Assembly (NCBI GenBank): GCA_964016885.1
Contig: OZ024741.1
Location: 360,034,001-360,098,000 of the forward strand
DNA length: 64,000 nt
From: Eledone cirrhosa
Lineage: Eukaryota
Reading direction: 5' to 3'
A program made the position numbers and the translations under genes. The notes beneath the pieces are model-generated. The model was not told the origin of the DNA. It was given only the letters and a program-made list of their open reading frames with translations, and did not search any database. Positions 12,336 to 24,797 of this stretch are shown here, piece by piece. The first letter of the stretch is position 1. Every line of letters starts with the position of its first letter.

Positions 12336-12987
12336 CATCTTAGACACCCTAAAGTAAATCAACCGAAACTAAAAGCTCTTCCATACATCTCCACACACAA
12401 CTCCCTCAACAATGAGGCCTTTGACACCATCCTCCAGAACATCCCTGTGTTGAAAAAGGACCATAGAATGAACCAAATCCTACGAACACACGATATCATA
12501 AAGAGCAAAAGACAATCTAAGTCAATGAAAAACATCCTAACACATGCCAAAGTACTGCCAACCACAACAACGAAACCCACAGTAAAAACATGCGATAGAC
12601 CCAACTGTGGCATATGCATCAACCTAATAGAGGGTTCGGAATTCTATTTCAAAGAAGGACAACGTTTTATAGTAAAACACAATTTCACATGTGCATCAGA
12701 AAATCTAATATATGTATTAACTTGCTCAGGTTGTCGAGAACAATACATAGGCCAGACCAAAAACAGCCTCCGCCAACGCATGACTGTCCATAGATCCCAA
12801 ATGAAAATACGGGAATACAGGAAAATACCAGAGTGAACACATTGATACCTGTGCCGCCCCAAATCATCCCAACTTCAGAATCTTTCCCCTCTACAAATTT
12901 AAAGATAATGCCACCCACACCCAACGCATCAGCAAGGAATCTCACTTTATTAACAAATACGGACCCCGTCTAAACACTTCTCCCTAA
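12333..12987 (+). pseudogene. 5'-truncated Penelope-like element, GIY-YIG endonuclease region
   Basis: CDRPNCGIC...FTCASENLIYVLTCSGCREQYIGQT..LRQRMTVH. After a frameshift near 12832 it continues SEHIDTC...ESHFINKYGPRLNTSP*. It starts directly after (TA)n. Confidence 0.9.
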
Positions 12988-13522
12988 GACGAACCTACAA
13001 CATACACACGTCAACATACATACCTACATCAGCATACATCTCTATCCACATATAAACACAATGAGATACGTAAACACACATGTTCTATGGTGCAACACAA
13101 ATATACACAAATTTGCATACCTTTTGATGTCTATAGATATAAACGTGCCGCCACACACACATACAGAAACGCACACATGCATTGCACACTGATGGGCACA
13201 TACATATTTGTACACAAGTATTCCAATACGGCAAGGCCTAATGGATTCCCCTTCCAGTACGTACAATCTGGACACTCACACACACCTTGGTATTATGCCA
13301 ATACTGTATATCATTTCACCCCTTTTATTATTAACGTTTTTGATGTTCTATTGAGAGAATCGTTTTTACTGAAAATATCGAATAATGTACACCATTTTTA
13401 CCAGTATCACAAAAATACTGGTTCACCGACACACACATTCTCTCACACACACACACATATATATACACACACACACATATATACACACACACATACACAC
13501 GCGTACATTAACATACAAAGAG

Positions 13523-13568
<46 letters not shown>

Positions 13569-13796
13569 CTCCGTATAAGACAAGAGCTGAAAAAATCTTT
13601 TAACATGTTAAAATATCCCCCACACACGTACAGACACATTCTTACTGACCATCCCTCTACCACGAATTACTCTGCTACACACACACACACACACACTTGT
13701 CTTAATAGGCATTTGAACTGTCAACAGGCTGCGGTTCGCACACACATCTCTGCTGACCATTATCACAACAACGAACCTCTTTACTACTACTACTAC

Positions 13797-13834
<38 letters not shown>

Positions 13835-14649
13835 GTTTTCAAAGACTTATTTTTCAGTGACTTTTCAATCAGCCGACACAAACCTACATTTGGCGCAAAA
13901 TCAATTTTTAACATTCACATGACCTCTACCCACCAATCAAAATTGTTTTGACCACAAGAATTTTTGCAACACGAATTGGTGCGAAACTTATTTTAATACA
14001 TCTGGAGCCACTTTTTTCACATAAAACAGGTAGAATTTCCAAAACTAATCAGATTAGAGCAAACATCACGGGCGCTCTATCTCAATTTTGAAAAGCATTA
14101 GAAATGCGCAACCGGTAAAACTTAAAACCAAAACTGAATACTAACCAATACTATTACTAATTTTTACTTATTCCTAATTAAACTATTTTTCACTGGGAAC
14201 AATTTGTCAGCATTTTCTTTTCCGTTTACCAATATATATATACAACACACATCCCAACAACAACAGACACACAGACACAAACAACAATAACAACAACACA
14301 CACACCAACAATAATAACATACCCAGAAACAACAACAACAGACACGCAGACACAAACAACAATAACAACACACACAACAATAATAACACACACGGAAACA
14401 ACAACAACAACACACATCAACAACAGCACACATCAACAACAACAACACACACACATTCAATGCCTCTCACCACCACCACCACAATCTTAACAAACACACA
14501 GACACAGAAAACAAGTAATGACAGTAGCACAGAAATCACAGAAATAAGGGAAAGTAATATGATTAAAAGGAGAAGAGAGACTATGGACAAAGAAAATAAC
14601 CAAGACGAACACACAGACACAAAATAGAGTAGATAATAACAATGAGCCA

Positions 14650-17169
14650 GTGGAAAGAGACAGGAGTAATTATGAGAGACATAGAAACAACCATGAGGCT
14701 GTTGGTGGAAATAGAAATAGAAATAGAAATAGAAACAACACAACTAACAATAACAATAGCACTAGCACACATAAAGCAGCAGCCTGGAACTCTATTTTTT
14801 ATAATCCCTCCGATAAGTCGTTCGACCTGCGACGAGTCCACGCCACGACTTTACCATTTAACAAACGCACGCAATTGCCGTCGCAGGTCGATGAACAAAC
14901 AGAAGCACAATTTAGTATAGCTAAATCCGAACTTAGAAATATTATAGAACAGTATAGCAAGAAGCATAATAGAATGGAGGCCCAGCAACTGGGAGAAAAA
15001 TCTGCAAATGGCTTGCGTAAGCTCATGCAGCGCTCGCGTAATGGAGAGATAGCATGCTTTCCAACAGACAAGTCTGGCAGAATGTCGGTTGACAGCCTGC
15101 CAAACTACATCCAGGCAATGCAACCCCACATCACTAACACAAGAGAGGTAACACCACAGGAGCATGAGGATAGAGAAAAAGCCCTCAATGCTCATATGGT
15201 GATGTGGACGAATATAATGCAGCCCAACAAAAGGACTGCCAACAACTTCCAGGCCTGGAACAATGACGTGCCGGCGTTGTATGGGCTTCGAAAAGACCAT
15301 AAAACGGGCAGTGACCCTGTCACGGGACCACCAACACGGCCAGTCTGTGGGGCTAACATTGCTAGTAACTACAGACTGTCCTACTTCCTCTCCCTGATCA
15401 TACGCCCCATCATTGAAATGTCCCCAGATGTATGTGACAGCACGGAGGACCTCCTCAGCAGAATCGGCGAGAGTAACCGATCTAGGGACCTAACAAACTG
15501 CATAATAGGTAGTATGGATGTTGTGTCCCTGTATCCATCTATTGACGTGGATTTTGCTGTGGAGAAATGCGTAGAAATGATCAGTGAGAGCAATGTTGAG
15601 TTCCGTGGGATTGATACCAGTGAGCTGGGACTCCTACTTAAACTTACCTATGGTAATAATTACCTAGACACATATGACCTTAGCAACCTGTGCCCTACAA
15701 GACCAGCAAGAGGCAGACCACCTACCATTACCTCAATGGCCAAGAAAACCCACACAGATAGATGGAACGGGTGGACCAGAGCCATACGGACACCCGAAAA
15801 CCACGATGAACTGAAGAAAATGATTGCACATGTGGTAGGGGCCAGCATAAAACTAACCCTTAAGGAACATATGTTCAAATTTAATGGAAAAACATATGCC
15901 CAAGAGGAAGGAGCAGCCATTGCTGTTAGCATTGCAGGCGACATAGCTAACTTATTCATGGTATGGTGGGACAGTAGACTTAAACTTAAACTTAAAGAAC
16001 AATTAGAAGACCCCTTAACCCTGATAATCTACTCCCGCTACGTTGACGATATAAACATCGTAGTTAAGACACCCCCACTAGAGAACAGTCAGGAACTAGA
16101 GAAAAACACAATGGAAAGCATCCAGCAAATAGCTAACTCCATCCACCAGAGAATTAGAGTTACTATAGACTACCCAAGTAAACACCCCAACCATCGATTA
16201 CCTGTACTAGACACAGAGCTCTGGTTAGATACCATTAATAACAAAAAACAAATCCTCCATTCCCATTATGCCAAACCCATGACTTCCAAACATCTGATCC
16301 ACCGAAACTCGGCTGTTTCGGACCATACCAAAATCAACATACTGATTGCAGATTTGGTACGGGTGATCAGAAACGTGTCCAGCATGTGCAACCCCGAAGA
16401 ACTAGAGAGACACATACAACACTTCATCCACCGTATACAGTTCTCTGGTTACAATCAGAGAGATAGAATCAGAGTGTATAGAGGAGCCAGAACCAAATGG
16501 GAAAAAATGGTAAATAATGACACAAATGGGACCTGCCCCTTGTATAGGAGCACATTTTGGAATAGAATAGAAAGAACTAGGAATAAGGCTAATAGAATAA
16601 ACTCATGGTATGATAGCAATAAATACCAGAGTGTAATGTTCATCGATACAACCCCTAGAGGTGAATTAGCTTACAAATTTAGAAGGGCCCTAGATAAACA
16701 TAAACTCAATATTAAGATAGTAGAAAGACCAGGTACCTCCGTAAAAACACTTATTAGCAAGACATACCCTTTCCAAAGACCTCCCTGTATAGACAAGAAA
16801 TGTATAACCTGTAAAATAAGCCCCCATATTAACTGTAAAACTAGAAATGTAGTGTATAGCATAAGATGTACTGAAGGACAATGTAGAGACAAAAATATAG
16901 TGTACATAGGTGAGACAGCTCGTAGTGTAGGGGAACGGATAAATGAACACTGGCGAGACCTTCAAGATAGTAAAGAATCATCTGTACTCTACCAACATGC
17001 TAAAATAGAACACAAGGGTAAATTAGAGAACATAGAAATAAAAATAGAATCTACACACAGAAAAGACGCAATGTTTAGACAAATCACAGAGGCAATAAAC
17101 ATAAAAGAATTACAACCAAAATTAAATAGAAAATATGAGTGGAACAGCAATATCACAACTTACAATTAA
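14650..17169 (+). CDS. Penelope-like reverse transcriptase + GIY-YIG endonuclease (839 codons open; true N-terminus missing or disrupted)
   Basis: LYGLRKDHK, TRPVC, SMDVVSLYPSI, YSRYVDDI, LPVLDT, CxxxxCxxC linker, NVVYSIRC...YIGETAR...ERINEH...EAINI...PKLN. The ORF start is GTG and in-frame stops lie upstream at 14545 and 14560. Confidence 0.92.
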   Translation: MERDRSNYERHRNNHEAVGGNRNRNRNRNNTTNNNNSTSTHKAAAWNSIFYNPSDKSFDLRRVHATTLPFNKRTQLPSQVDEQTEAQFSIAKSELRNIIEQYSKKHNRMEAQQLGEKSANGLRKLMQRSRNGEIACFPTDKSGRMSVDSLPNYIQAMQPHITNTREVTPQEHEDREKALNAHMVMWTNIMQPNKRTANNFQAWNNDVPALYGLRKDHKTGSDPVTGPPTRPVCGANIASNYRLSYFLSLIIRPIIEMSPDVCDSTEDLLSRIGESNRSRDLTNCIIGSMDVVSLYPSIDVDFAVEKCVEMISESNVEFRGIDTSELGLLLKLTYGNNYLDTYDLSNLCPTRPARGRPPTITSMAKKTHTDRWNGWTRAIRTPENHDELKKMIAHVVGASIKLTLKEHMFKFNGKTYAQEEGAAIAVSIAGDIANLFMVWWDSRLKLKLKEQLEDPLTLIIYSRYVDDINIVVKTPPLENSQELEKNTMESIQQIANSIHQRIRVTIDYPSKHPNHRLPVLDTELWLDTINNKKQILHSHYAKPMTSKHLIHRNSAVSDHTKINILIADLVRVIRNVSSMCNPEELERHIQHFIHRIQFSGYNQRDRIRVYRGARTKWEKMVNNDTNGTCPLYRSTFWNRIERTRNKANRINSWYDSNKYQSVMFIDTTPRGELAYKFRRALDKHKLNIKIVERPGTSVKTLISKTYPFQRPPCIDKKCITCKISPHINCKTRNVVYSIRCTEGQCRDKNIVYIGETARSVGERINEHWRDLQDSKESSVLYQHAKIEHKGKLENIEIKIESTHRKDAMFRQITEAINIKELQPKLNRKYEWNSNITTYN

Positions 17170-17370
17170 GGACAAAATGAAAACACACACACACATAGAA
17201 CAAACAACCAACCGGTAACATGTAAATAAACAAATAAATAAACAAATTTAAACACACACAGACACCCGGATGTGGCGCATGCGCAGACTGAGCACACAAC
17301 ACACACACAGAAACAAAATGGCGTAGGACAGAACAAAGGAGAGGCACAAAAACAAAGAAAGGAATCCCCA

Positions 17371-17413
17371 GTCACTGAAGAGGTCACAGAGTGTGTGACG
17401 AAAGAACTATGAC
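17371..17413 (+). ncRNA. Minimal type I hammerhead ribozyme in the Penelope pLTR
   Basis: GTCA-CTGAAGA-G-GTCACA gagtg TGTGAC-GAAA-GAAC-TA-TGAC: stem I GTCA/TGAC, 6-bp stem II, minimal stem III. Confidence 0.8.
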
Positions 17414-17562
17414 AATATATAAACAACTATCTGGTTGTGGAACCAACCAACCAACCAGAAATTTATAAATTTATAAATTTATTATAAATTTATTATAATA
17501 AATTGAAGTGAAAGCAACTGATGCGTGTGTTTCTTATTGGCAACATGACCCTCCCAAAGTAT

Positions 17563-17632
<70 letters not shown>

Positions 17633-17725
17633 CAAAGAAAGTGTGGTAAGGAACCAGGTGGACCATAACGCACCAGAGTACTCGATACTTAGGGTAGTAG
17701 AGTGGGTAATAGGAAAAGAGTCAGG

Positions 17726-17821
17726 ACCCCGACGGCTGAACTCCGGTCGTTTCAACAGCTAGATCCGAACTAAACCAGTAGTATTAGGACGGCAGGGACC
17801 TAGTTGAACTTATCAAGGGGT
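17726..17821 (-). ncRNA. Type I hammerhead ribozyme, U3-A8 core variant
   Basis: Minus strand: ACCCC-TTGATAA-G...CTAGG..long stem II..CTAGCTGTT-GAAA-CGAC cggagttca GCCG-TC-GGGGT. The sister copies restore CGGC/GCCG and the G-C closing pair. Confidence 0.75.
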
Positions 17822-18411
17822 ACAGTCCGTATATGGACATGCAATCAAAACAGAGTAGACGTATCATATCAAACAATCCTAAAAATTGGTGTCTTTCTTG
17901 TTTGTCACGGGGAGTGGTCAATGATTTTGGTATGTCATGTACATGGTTAAATTCCTTCATAGCGGCGGGGAAGGTAAGGGGGGGGGTTGAACTTGCCTGT
18001 AGAACAGGAGAGGGGGGGGGGGGTAAGATGCCAATCTGACCTGTGGATGCCAGGCCGGTCATGCTTTACGAGAGAATTCTTTACAACTATCTCTAATGGG
18101 GAGAAATTCATCATGTGAGAATGAAGGAATGTTGTAGAGTGAAAGTGAGTATGCCAGGTCTAACAGTTGGCTACACCACAAAGCATATAGAATTTAACAC
18201 TAATTAAATTCCTAATAAATAAAGTTATCAGTTATTCTAATGCACTGGAACCGGACCTCAATATAGTAATTTACCAGTATTATCTTCCAAATGATACCCC
18301 CCCCCCCCAAAAAAAAAACAACAACATGGATATGTGTTCGGCCGGTACTATGTATATTTAACAAGAGTGAAAATATTCGGGTTAACCTAAGGAAGAATGG
18401 AAACTAAATAA

Positions 18412-18550
18412 AATAATTGTTTCTACTTTAGGCACAAAGCCAGCAATTACCCAGTGTATTACTGATACTTTATTTTATCGACCCCGTAAGGATGAAAGGC
18501 AAAGTTAACCTCGGCGGGATTTGAACTCAGAATGGAAAGGGCTGTAACAC
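18412..18550 (-). mobile_element. tRNA-derived SINE fragment
   Basis: The minus strand reads ctgagttcaaatcccgccgaggttaactttgcctttcatccttacggggtcgataaaataaag, near-identical to 19960-20080. Confidence 0.85.
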
Positions 18551-18902
18551 TTTGCGTCAAAAAGCAAAGGTCCACCTAAGTGTAAATAGAGTGTGTAACT
18601 AATGAAGAAAAAAGAAAAGAAGAAAAAAAGAACAAATATTTTTTTACTTCTACCTAAGTATACTTGGGGTTTCCTCTATCTTAGTTTGTAAATAGGAAAG
18701 TGAGGGGATTAGAAGGTAAACTCCCTCCGCTTTGTTCTACAGGCCAGTTCAGTCTCTTCCCCCGCCGCTATGAAGGAATTTAACCATGTACATGACATAC
18801 CAAAATCATTGACCACTCCCCGTGGCAAACAAGAAAGACAATAATTTTTAGGATTATTTGATATGATACGTCTACTCTGTTTTGCATGCCCATATGGACT
18901 GT

Positions 18903-18997
18903 ACCCCTTGATAAGTTCAGCTAGGTCCCTGCCATCCTAATACTACTGGTTTAGTTCGGATCTAGCTGCCGAAGCGGCCGAAGCTCAGCGTCGGTGT
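18903..18997 (+). ncRNA. Degenerate copy of the U3-A8 hammerhead
   Basis: ACCCC-TTGATAA-GTTCAGCTAGG...TCTAGCTGCC-GAAG(mutated)-CGGC...GCG-TC-GGTGT. Confidence 0.55.
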
Positions 18998-19006
18998 CCT
19001 GACTCT

Positions 19007-19087
<81 letters not shown>

Positions 19088-19186
19088 TATTAAAATAACA
19101 GATTTTGCTCTTCGGTTCTTATATATTTGATATATATTTTCCTTATCGAGCCCTCTTTGGATTTTAGTCTTCAATTTTATTATTAT

Positions 19187-19250
<64 letters not shown>

Positions 19251-19496
19251 AAAATGGAGAGCTGCGTGGTTGCACATGGGTTACATATGAATAAAATTAT
19301 TCCTTTTTCAGTGATCTTCCAACTTTCATTGGTATTTCATCGCTTTAAAAATCATATACCTCTAGTTGGTGCGAGCAATAGCTAAATAAAGTTATTGGGA
19401 CAAGTAATATAGCGTGAAGCGAGCGAGACATGTAAACAAACAACGATGGTATTGCAACGGAAAGATAGGAAGAGATAAGTACATGATATCTGTAAG

Positions 19497-19548
<52 letters not shown>

Positions 19549-19736
19549 GGTTTGTTGGTTCACCACTGGATAGAACTGGTCATTCCGTATGGTCAACCTC
19601 GATGTAATATTATGGAGAGCACTCGACGTAATGCAACTCACCCGTCTTCGTTTGTGTTGTTGTTGGTGCGAGTACGGAGATAATTATTATAAAATAACAG
19701 GAGGCTGGACTGGTGTAATTCCTTAAAAGGTTTATT

Positions 19737-19794
19737 ATACTATGATCATTTCAATGACCGGGTTCAATATGAATCCGGTGACATCATCAGGTAT
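19737..19794 (-). ncRNA. Minimal hammerhead ribozyme with palindromic loop 3
   Basis: Minus strand: ATAC-CTGATGA-TGTC-ACCGG attcatattgaac CCGGT-CATT-GAAA-TGATCA-TA-GTAT. Confidence 0.75.
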
Positions 19795-19895
19795 TCGAAA
19801 TATAACAAAGGAATATAATAGACAAAATCCATGGTGCTGAAAGTCAGAGACATGAGGGCGGCCGACTATTTAGCAGCTACTAGCTCTCAAGTGAT

Positions 19896-20080
19896 GGATT
19901 GGCAGTATCGGTAGAGGGTCGGACGCCATGCTTTCCAGCATAGTTACGTCCCTTTATGATCTGAGCTCAAATCCCGCCGCGGTTGACTTTGCCTTTCATC
20001 CTTACGGGGTCGATAAAATAAAGTACCAGTAATGCACTGGATAATTGCTGGCCTTGTGCCTAAAGTAGAAACAATTATTA
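19896..20080 (+). mobile_element. tRNA-derived SINE
   Basis: A-box-like TGGCAGTATCGG, B-box-like GAGCTCAAATCC, and the shared body and tail. Confidence 0.85.
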
Positions 20081-20256
20081 AGTCTACTTATGTTTTTGTG
20101 GTGGAGGGGCGTAGGCTTATAGTGTACTACTACCAACCTGTCAAAGACAGAGGCCAGCGGTGAGATCAGGTTACATTCAAGCTGGTCATGATTGCTAGAA
20201 AGTGCTGCGAAAAATATTTTTTCAAAAAAGATATTTCCTTAACAAAGCTATATATA

Positions 20257-20897
20257 TGGCGTCAGCACAGTACATTGTATGGTCAGAAATTACGATTAGC
20301 AATTAGAAACGTTAAATTTATGTTTAGAGTTAAAAGAGGCCATTTAAGATGAAATTAGAAAAGTAAGATTTAGGTTTAAGGTTGGGAGATTAAGTTAAAG
20401 AATTTACAGAAGGAGGCTTTTAAGAAAAAGTATAAGTGTATTATATATAGTCACGATAAAGTTTCAGGGTGGAATATAGAGTAAAGATTAAGCCCATGCT
20501 TAGCGGACATTAACCGGTGACGTTGCAGACCCCTGGCCAGCCCGGGGCCCGACGGCGTGTCAACCGTTCCGAGTATTTTCGTCTAGAGAAAGAAAGGGAA
20601 ATTTATTTTTCCAAGCACTCCACGAATGTTAACTGTTTTAGGCGCCAGGTGTGCTAGCGGGAAGTCCGCCACTGTCAGCTGGCTATCGTATATACCTAGC
20701 GATTACTAGTTATTCACACTGTTGGGGGATTTAGTTGAGTGCTAGTAGAGCTAGGAGGCATGATAAAGTTAAAAGTTATGATTAAACCTAGAATTTAAAG
20801 GTACTGTTTGGCGGTCAATTTTAACTCTAAACATAATTTTAACGTTTCTAATTGCTAATCGTAATTTCTGACCATACAATGTACTGTGCTAACGCCA
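20257..20897. mobile_element. MITE with ~79-bp terminal inverted repeats, TA-flanked
   Basis: TGGCGTCAGCACAGTACATTG...GAGTTAAAA (20257-20335) matches its reverse complement at 20819-20897. Confidence 0.85.
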
Positions 20898-20944
20898 TGT
20901 ATATATATATATACACAGTATATATAACTTACTTTGATAACTTT

Positions 20945-22520
20945 GATAGGTTTCGGCCAGTATTGGCCCAGGCCATGTCTAACTTAATAGCACCACCTGG
21001 CGAAGTCTTTCAAATCAGGATTTGAACAACATGGCCCACTCAAGTAGGGAGTTATTGTTTACGGAGACATATACGGGCGTAGGAGGTTTATCCGGGATTT
21101 ATTGAAGCAATTCTCCAAAGACTTCTTGAACTTAATGGGGTCTGTTTCTGTTTTAATGTGTTTTGGTGAAATGTTAAAGAGAGCGGGGCCAATTGAGGTG
21201 AAATAATTGTGCCCTATTGCTGTTATGAGATGCGAGTTTGATTTTTGTTGTGGGCGGATAGCACGGGGCCCAAACCTTGGGTGTACTTTAAAGGTGATGC
21301 CAACATCATTTGGGCAATGCTGATGGAATATTTTCCACATCATACAGATAATATAGCGCTCACGGCGGCCATGGAGAGAATAAAGGTTGAGCTTTTCTAG
21401 TCGACCCCAATAGTCATGTCATCTATCTTTTTGTGATTGACCTTTGAGGTGCTTCAATTTCCACAATACTTTGTTTCGTGTGGGGAGACCACTTGGACAA
21501 CAATATTCAAGGTGGGGTCGGGCAAAAGTTGAGAAGAGAAGGATAATAGTGTGGATATCTCTTGACTGGAAGGTTCTGAGAATCCAGGAACACATTCTGC
21601 TGGCCATGTCAACTTTACTACCTATATGAGTGGCGCAGCTTATGTTGTTGTCCACAATTACTTCAAAGCCTCTGATGTTGTTTGATGCCACAAGTGTTTC
21701 ACCCAAAGGAAGGGACTATGGGAGTTTCAGTGCATCCTCTTTTCCGAAGTGGATTAACTCAAATTTATCCTCGTTCAGCAGCATATTGTTCTTTCCCGCC
21801 CATTGGATAACAGCCAGCAGATTTGATTGAAGGCATGTCCAGTCACCCAATCTATTCATGATCTGGAGCTTAGAATCATCTGCAAAGATTCTTATGCTGT
21901 CGTGCTTGATGATGTCAGTAACGTCATTTATATAGATAATGAAAAGAAGTGGGCCCAACACTGCGCTTTGCGGAACGCCACTACTGACTTTGGCCGGGCT
22001 TGATTTTACTCCTTCTACTACAACATGTTGGGCTCTGTCTGTCAGGAAACACTCTTGATCCATTGCAGTAACTTTCCAGAGACCAATGTTGGATAGTTTT
22101 TTCAGTTGAATGTCAACCCTGTCAAAGACCTTGCTGAAATCAAGGGAGGTGATATCAGTGTTGGAGCCCTCTCCCAAAGCTCTTAAAATGACATCAAAGT
22201 GATGCAGGAGCTGCGTTAGGCAGTCCCTTCCATTGCAGAACCCATACTGGTTGGAGTTCAGCAGTCTGTTGCTTTCAAGAGAGTGAGTTATTCGTGATCT
22301 CACCAGCCTCTCAAATACTTTGATGGTATGAGAGGTGAGTGAAATTGGACGGTAGTTCACTGCGAGGGACTTGTTTCCTTTCTTGAAAACTGGGACAACA
22401 GACTGGGACAGAAAGTTTTCAGGAATATAGCCAGCATCCAGTGAGTTCTTCCACAGATTAGCCAGAGGAGATGCAAGTTGTCGACACACCTCCAGGACAC
22501 AAGCAGGGAACCTATCGAGA
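20945..22520 (-). pseudogene. CR1/L2/Jockey-group LINE: RT and 3' region, frameshifted
   Basis: NYRPISLTS, QYGF, LDFSKVFDRV, SGVPQSAVLGPLLFIIYIND, FADDSK, RPHLEYC, FTSIGPALFN across three broken ORFs. Confidence 0.92.
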
Positions 22521-23464
22521 ATAGGCTATTGAAAATTTTCATTTTTCATTTTTCAATTTCCTATTCTCTTTTCCTTATCTTCCATGATAAGTATGGGTTC
22601 TAGGTAACCCTGTTTTGCAATTCTGTCGAAGTTACATGATGGGACCGTCCTCTCTTGCATCATAAATGGATGATGGAGCTGGGCCATTGGATTATGTATA
22701 GTGATTTCATGGAATTAAAATTTACAACATATCTTCCAGTCAGGCCTTCTGTTGTCGTTTTAAATTCTTTATTCCGTTGCCTGCGCTAACCACTGGATTC
22801 CATTTCTACGATGGAGGACGTACATAACGTTGAGTGCTTTATCAATTCGTTGCATCATGATTTGCCTACCAGAACCACCAGTTCTATATTTAGGTGATCA
22901 AAATAACTTAAATGATATATATATAGAGAGAGAGGGAGGGATAGGGGGAGGGAGAGGGAGAGAGAGAGAGAAAGAGAGAGAAAGAGAGGAGGCCACTAAT
23001 CATGGGTGTACTGAATACATAGGGAGATGCAGAACGGGTATAAAGATATATAAAACGCCTACCGCGGCACCAAGCAATTTCAGCTTGGCGCCAGATTCGA
23101 GATTTTACATCTCCCTCTCTATACATATATATATAATTGGTATGGGATGCTTAAAGCGTCCGTAAGCGGTATGCCGTTTGAGCACTCGATGCTCTTACAG
23201 AGCAGAGTATAATATCACAGAAGAAACGGAGAATCAGTGGGGCGGCGAATTAAAATTATTAGACATATTACAATCGTTTCTCTGGCGACCAGCTCGAAGC
23301 CTGATAGTGGGGTTTAGAACCCTCTAAGAAATGGAAGAAGATGAGTATTGACGTACATGGGAGTCGAATCCACATGTTTGGTTATCCAGATCAACACATC
23401 ACCCATCTCTTTACATTCAATTCTATTCTTAATTTAAAACTGACTCGCTGTTTCAAACCATACT

Positions 23465-23522
<58 letters not shown>

Positions 23523-23527
<5 letters not shown>

Positions 23528-24769
23528 ATACTTTGGGAGGGTCATGTTGCCAATAAGAAACACACGCATCAGTTGCTTTCACTTCAATTTATTATAATAA
23601 ATTTATAATAAATTTATAAATTTATAAATTTCTGGTTGGTTGGTTGGTTCCACAACCAGATAGTTGTTTATATAGTGTCATAGTTCTTTCGTCACACACT
23701 CTGTGACCTCTTCAGTGACTGGGGATTCCTTTCTTTGTTTTTGTGCCTCTCCTTTGTTCTGTCCTACGCCATTTTGTTTCTGTGTGTGTGTTGTGTGCTC
23801 AGTCTGCGCATGCGCCACATTCGGGTGTCTGTGTGTGTTTATGTTCATTTATTTATTTGTTTATTTACATGTTACTAGTTGGTTGTTTGTTCTATGTGTG
23901 TGTGTGTTTTCATTTTCTCCTTATTTGTAAGTTGTGATGTTGCTGTTCCACTCATATTTTCTATTTAATTTTGGTTGTAATTCTTTTATGTTTATTGCCT
24001 CTGTGATTTGTCTAAACATTGCGTCTTTTCTGTGTGTAGATTCTATTTTTATTTCTATGTTCTCTAATTTACCCTTGTGTTCTATTTTAGCATGTTGGTA
24101 GAGTACAGATGATTCTTTACTATCTTGAAGGTCTCGCCAGTGTTCATTTATCCGTTCCCCTACACTACGAGCTGTCTCACCTATGTACACTATATTTTTG
24201 TCTCTACATTGTCCTTCAGTACATCTTATGCTATACACTACATTTCTAGTTTTACAGTTAATATGGGGGCTTATTTTACAGGTTATACATTTCTTATCTA
24301 TACATGAGGGTCTTTGAAAAGGGTATGTCTTGCTAATAAGTGTTTTTACGGCGGTACCTGGTCTTTCTACTATCTTAATATTGAGTTTATGTTTATCTAG
24401 GGCCCTTCTAAATTTGTAAGCTAATTCACCTCTAGGGGTTGTATCGATGAACATTACACTCTGGTATTTATTGCTATCATACCATGAGTTTATTCTATTA
24501 GCCTTGTTCCTAGTTCTTTCTATTCTATTCCAAAATTTGCTCCTATACAAGGGGCAGGTCCCATTTGTGTCATTATTTACCATTTTTTCCCATTTGGTTC
24601 TGGCTCCTCTATACACTCTGATTTTATCTCTCTGATTGTAGCCAGAGAACTGCATACGGTGGATGAAGTGTTGTATGTGTCTCTCTAGTTCTTCGGGGTT
24701 GCACATGCGGGACACGTTTCTCATCACCCGTACCAAATCCGCAATCAGTATGTTGATTTTGGTATGGTC
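23523..24769 (-). mobile_element. 5'-truncated second copy of the Neptune-type Penelope element (thumb, GIY-YIG and pLTR)
   Basis: Reverse complement of 16321-17566 with scattered substitutions, ending in (TA)n. The first ~67 aa of ORF 23921-24973 come from unrelated flanking sequence. Confidence 0.95.
23677..23719 (-). ncRNA. Minimal hammerhead ribozyme (copy of 17371-17413)
   Basis: Identical core and stems on the minus strand. Confidence 0.8.
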
Positions 24770-24797
24770 TAGATTTCTATAAGAATATAACATCAAT

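Larger units (their letters stand above)
14232..17566 (+). mobile_element. Penelope-like element (probably Neptune-type), 5'-truncated, with a 3' pLTR, inserted in (TA)n
   Basis: Long RT+GIY-YIG ORF, low-complexity ACA-rich upstream region, hammerhead in the 3' pLTR and TA repeats at both ends. The 3' 1.25 kb is duplicated at 23523-24769. Confidence 0.9.
17631..19010. mobile_element. Non-autonomous Penelope-type pLTR pair in inverted orientation (arms ~17713-18015 / 18721-19010), flanked by (TA)n
   Basis: Reverse-complement arms, each with a hammerhead. The same family recurs at 25062-25110 and 42071-42265. Confidence 0.8.

Noticed and set aside
12834-12836. TGA in the Penelope GIY-YIG ORF as selenocysteine (as in Naiad elements)
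   Set aside because: The conserved C-terminus continues in another frame, so this is a frameshift and not readthrough.
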